DNA of 64,000 nucleotides from Chrysomallon squamiferum (lineage: Eukaryota; Animalia; Mollusca), in NCBI GenBank assembly GCA_012295275.1, contig CM022666.1, forward strand, positions 13,454,001-13,518,000, given 5' to 3'. Numbering within the stretch: position 1 is the first letter of the stretch; each line of letters begins with the position of its first letter. The position numbers were made by a program, and so were the translations under genes. Positions 62,219 through 64,000 of the stretch are shown here, one piece after another. A model generated the notes under the pieces. That model did no database searches. It saw only the letters and a program-made list of their open reading frames with translations, and had not been told where the DNA came from.

Positions 62219-62452
62219 ACTGCATGTAGTAAAATTAGGTCATTATACTCGACAAAAATAGTTTGTGAAAAGAAAAGGAACGAATAAATAAATATAAAAA
62301 ATATAAATAAGATGATAATAGATAAGATAAGATAAAGTGTAAATATAATTATTTTAATATATGACTTCCGATAAGAAGAGAAGTGGTTGTTTGTTTGTTT
62401 GTTTGTTTGTTTGATTGTTTTATTTATTTATTTATTTATTTATTTTTATTTA

Positions 62453-62493
<41 letters not shown>

Positions 62494-63290
62494 GGTGTAA
62501 CTCGATTATTCAGTATCGGAACGATCTCTAAGTTTTTAATGCAGGTAACACAACTGTGGTACCGGAAATGACGTTTAAACATAACGTCATATCATTATTT
62601 CGCGTCTTTTTGCTCAACTGTCCAGTTTTATAAATGTAAGTTGTTTTAATAATAATTATAAACAGTTTTAATAATAATTATAAGCATTTCTGATTTTGCA
62701 ATTATTATTACTTTCAACATATTTTGAATATTAAATTCTGATAATTTATCAAAACAGAAAGTGAGCACATCAAATTTAAATTCAGCAAGATAAATAAATT
62801 TATTTTAAAGATATCTGTTTAATACAAATTGTAAAACATACATTTCATTCTATTTTAATCTTCATAATTTTAGCTCCTCGTTTACAGTTATGAGAACCGT
62901 GAAAACAAAAGATCTTTGTCTTTACATTTTATAATGGGAACCGTGAAAACAGAAATAACTGTTAACATTATAAAATAGCGATAATCTTGTACCGTTGCGT
63001 CAAAGTTTATTTTTTAATTAACACTGTAATTATTTTAGGTGGGTTTTCAAAGTTGAAATTAAAAAGAAAGTATACAAATAATGTCAATGACAGTTCAAAT
63101 GTTATCGATGTAAAACCATAGTGATGCGAAAATTTGACATTTTTGTTTATGATTTCAAATTATTATTATTATTATTATTATTATTATTTATAACAAAAGA
63201 AATGTAATTATGTCAGCTACCTACATAAGCAATGCACGATCATGATCGGGACAAATTATTTTAATTTTTTAGTTTGTTTTAATGTATTTG

Positions 63291-63372
<82 letters not shown>

Positions 63373-63423
63373 GAGTATAATACTTCCTTTATTATTATCC
63401 ATCTCATTTTATTTTAAGCTGCA

Positions 63424-63682
63424 ATGAATTCTGAAAAAGAAGACAAGAAAGAGCTAGCAAGCCAAATAAACAACAACAGCAAAATAGGAACAATTAGGAT
63501 CAAGAAAATCAACACAGACACCGTGCTTGCTCAGTATGAAATCCTCCTCAGAAATACTGAAAAAAACACCGCTCGAGATATGATACAAAAAATGGAACAT
63601 CTCAAAAGAATGGTGACTCAAAACGACAAACTGATCACCGTCTTGAAGGACAGGAAGATCGACCTACTTAAGAAGTGGCAAG
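63424..63682 (+). CDS. Probable coding exon of a coiled-coil protein continuing beyond the window
   Basis: ATG at 63424, charged helical peptide (MNSEKEDKKELASQ...DRKIDLLKKWQ), strong donor CAAG|GTATGA after 63682. Confidence 0.5.
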
Positions 63683-63865
63683 GTATGATGAGTAACACAG
63701 CATGTAAGAAATACAATCTTGCGCATCTTCTGATTTCGTGTCACGTGATAAATGAGGCGGTATAATAATATTAAAACAGAGACGCAAATCGTATGCAAAT
63801 AAAAACAATGACGTCACGTCAGAGTTCTTCAGTGTATTGAAAAATGATGATTTAATTATTGTTAA

Positions 63866-63932
<67 letters not shown>

Positions 63933-64000
63933 TAGGATGATAACATTAATCTGATTTTAACGAGCGTACTTCTATTTCTAATTATTGTTTTATGTTTGTT

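Overview
AT-rich, microsatellite-dense animal genomic DNA with GT-AG introns; it looks invertebrate and plausibly mollusc, but the organism cannot be fixed from sequence alone. Host genes reconstructed exon by exon: cyclin B3 (minus, 26922-33883); a head-to-head multi-pass membrane gene resembling the gustatory-receptor-like/7TM ion-channel family (plus, ~34371-46876); a divergent VPS4-like AAA+ ATPase (minus, 50394-55907); and a D-cysteine desulfhydrase/ACC-deaminase-family PLP enzyme (minus, 57358-62218). There are also several orphan ORFs, a decayed RNase H-bearing LINE and a hAT MITE. The most striking feature is a ~2.5 kb endogenous parvovirus/densovirus-like element (16838-19331). It has a perfect 87-bp-stem branched terminal hairpin, a compact promoter, a small acidic ORF coupled by an ATGA stop/start overlap to an uninterrupted ~600-aa capsid-like ORF with no PLA2 motif, and no NS/Rep gene. 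It sits inside a ~1.9 kb-unit tandem array (8878-20728) and is flanked by a direct duplication of host DNA. Family assignments come from motif recognition only; no searches were run.
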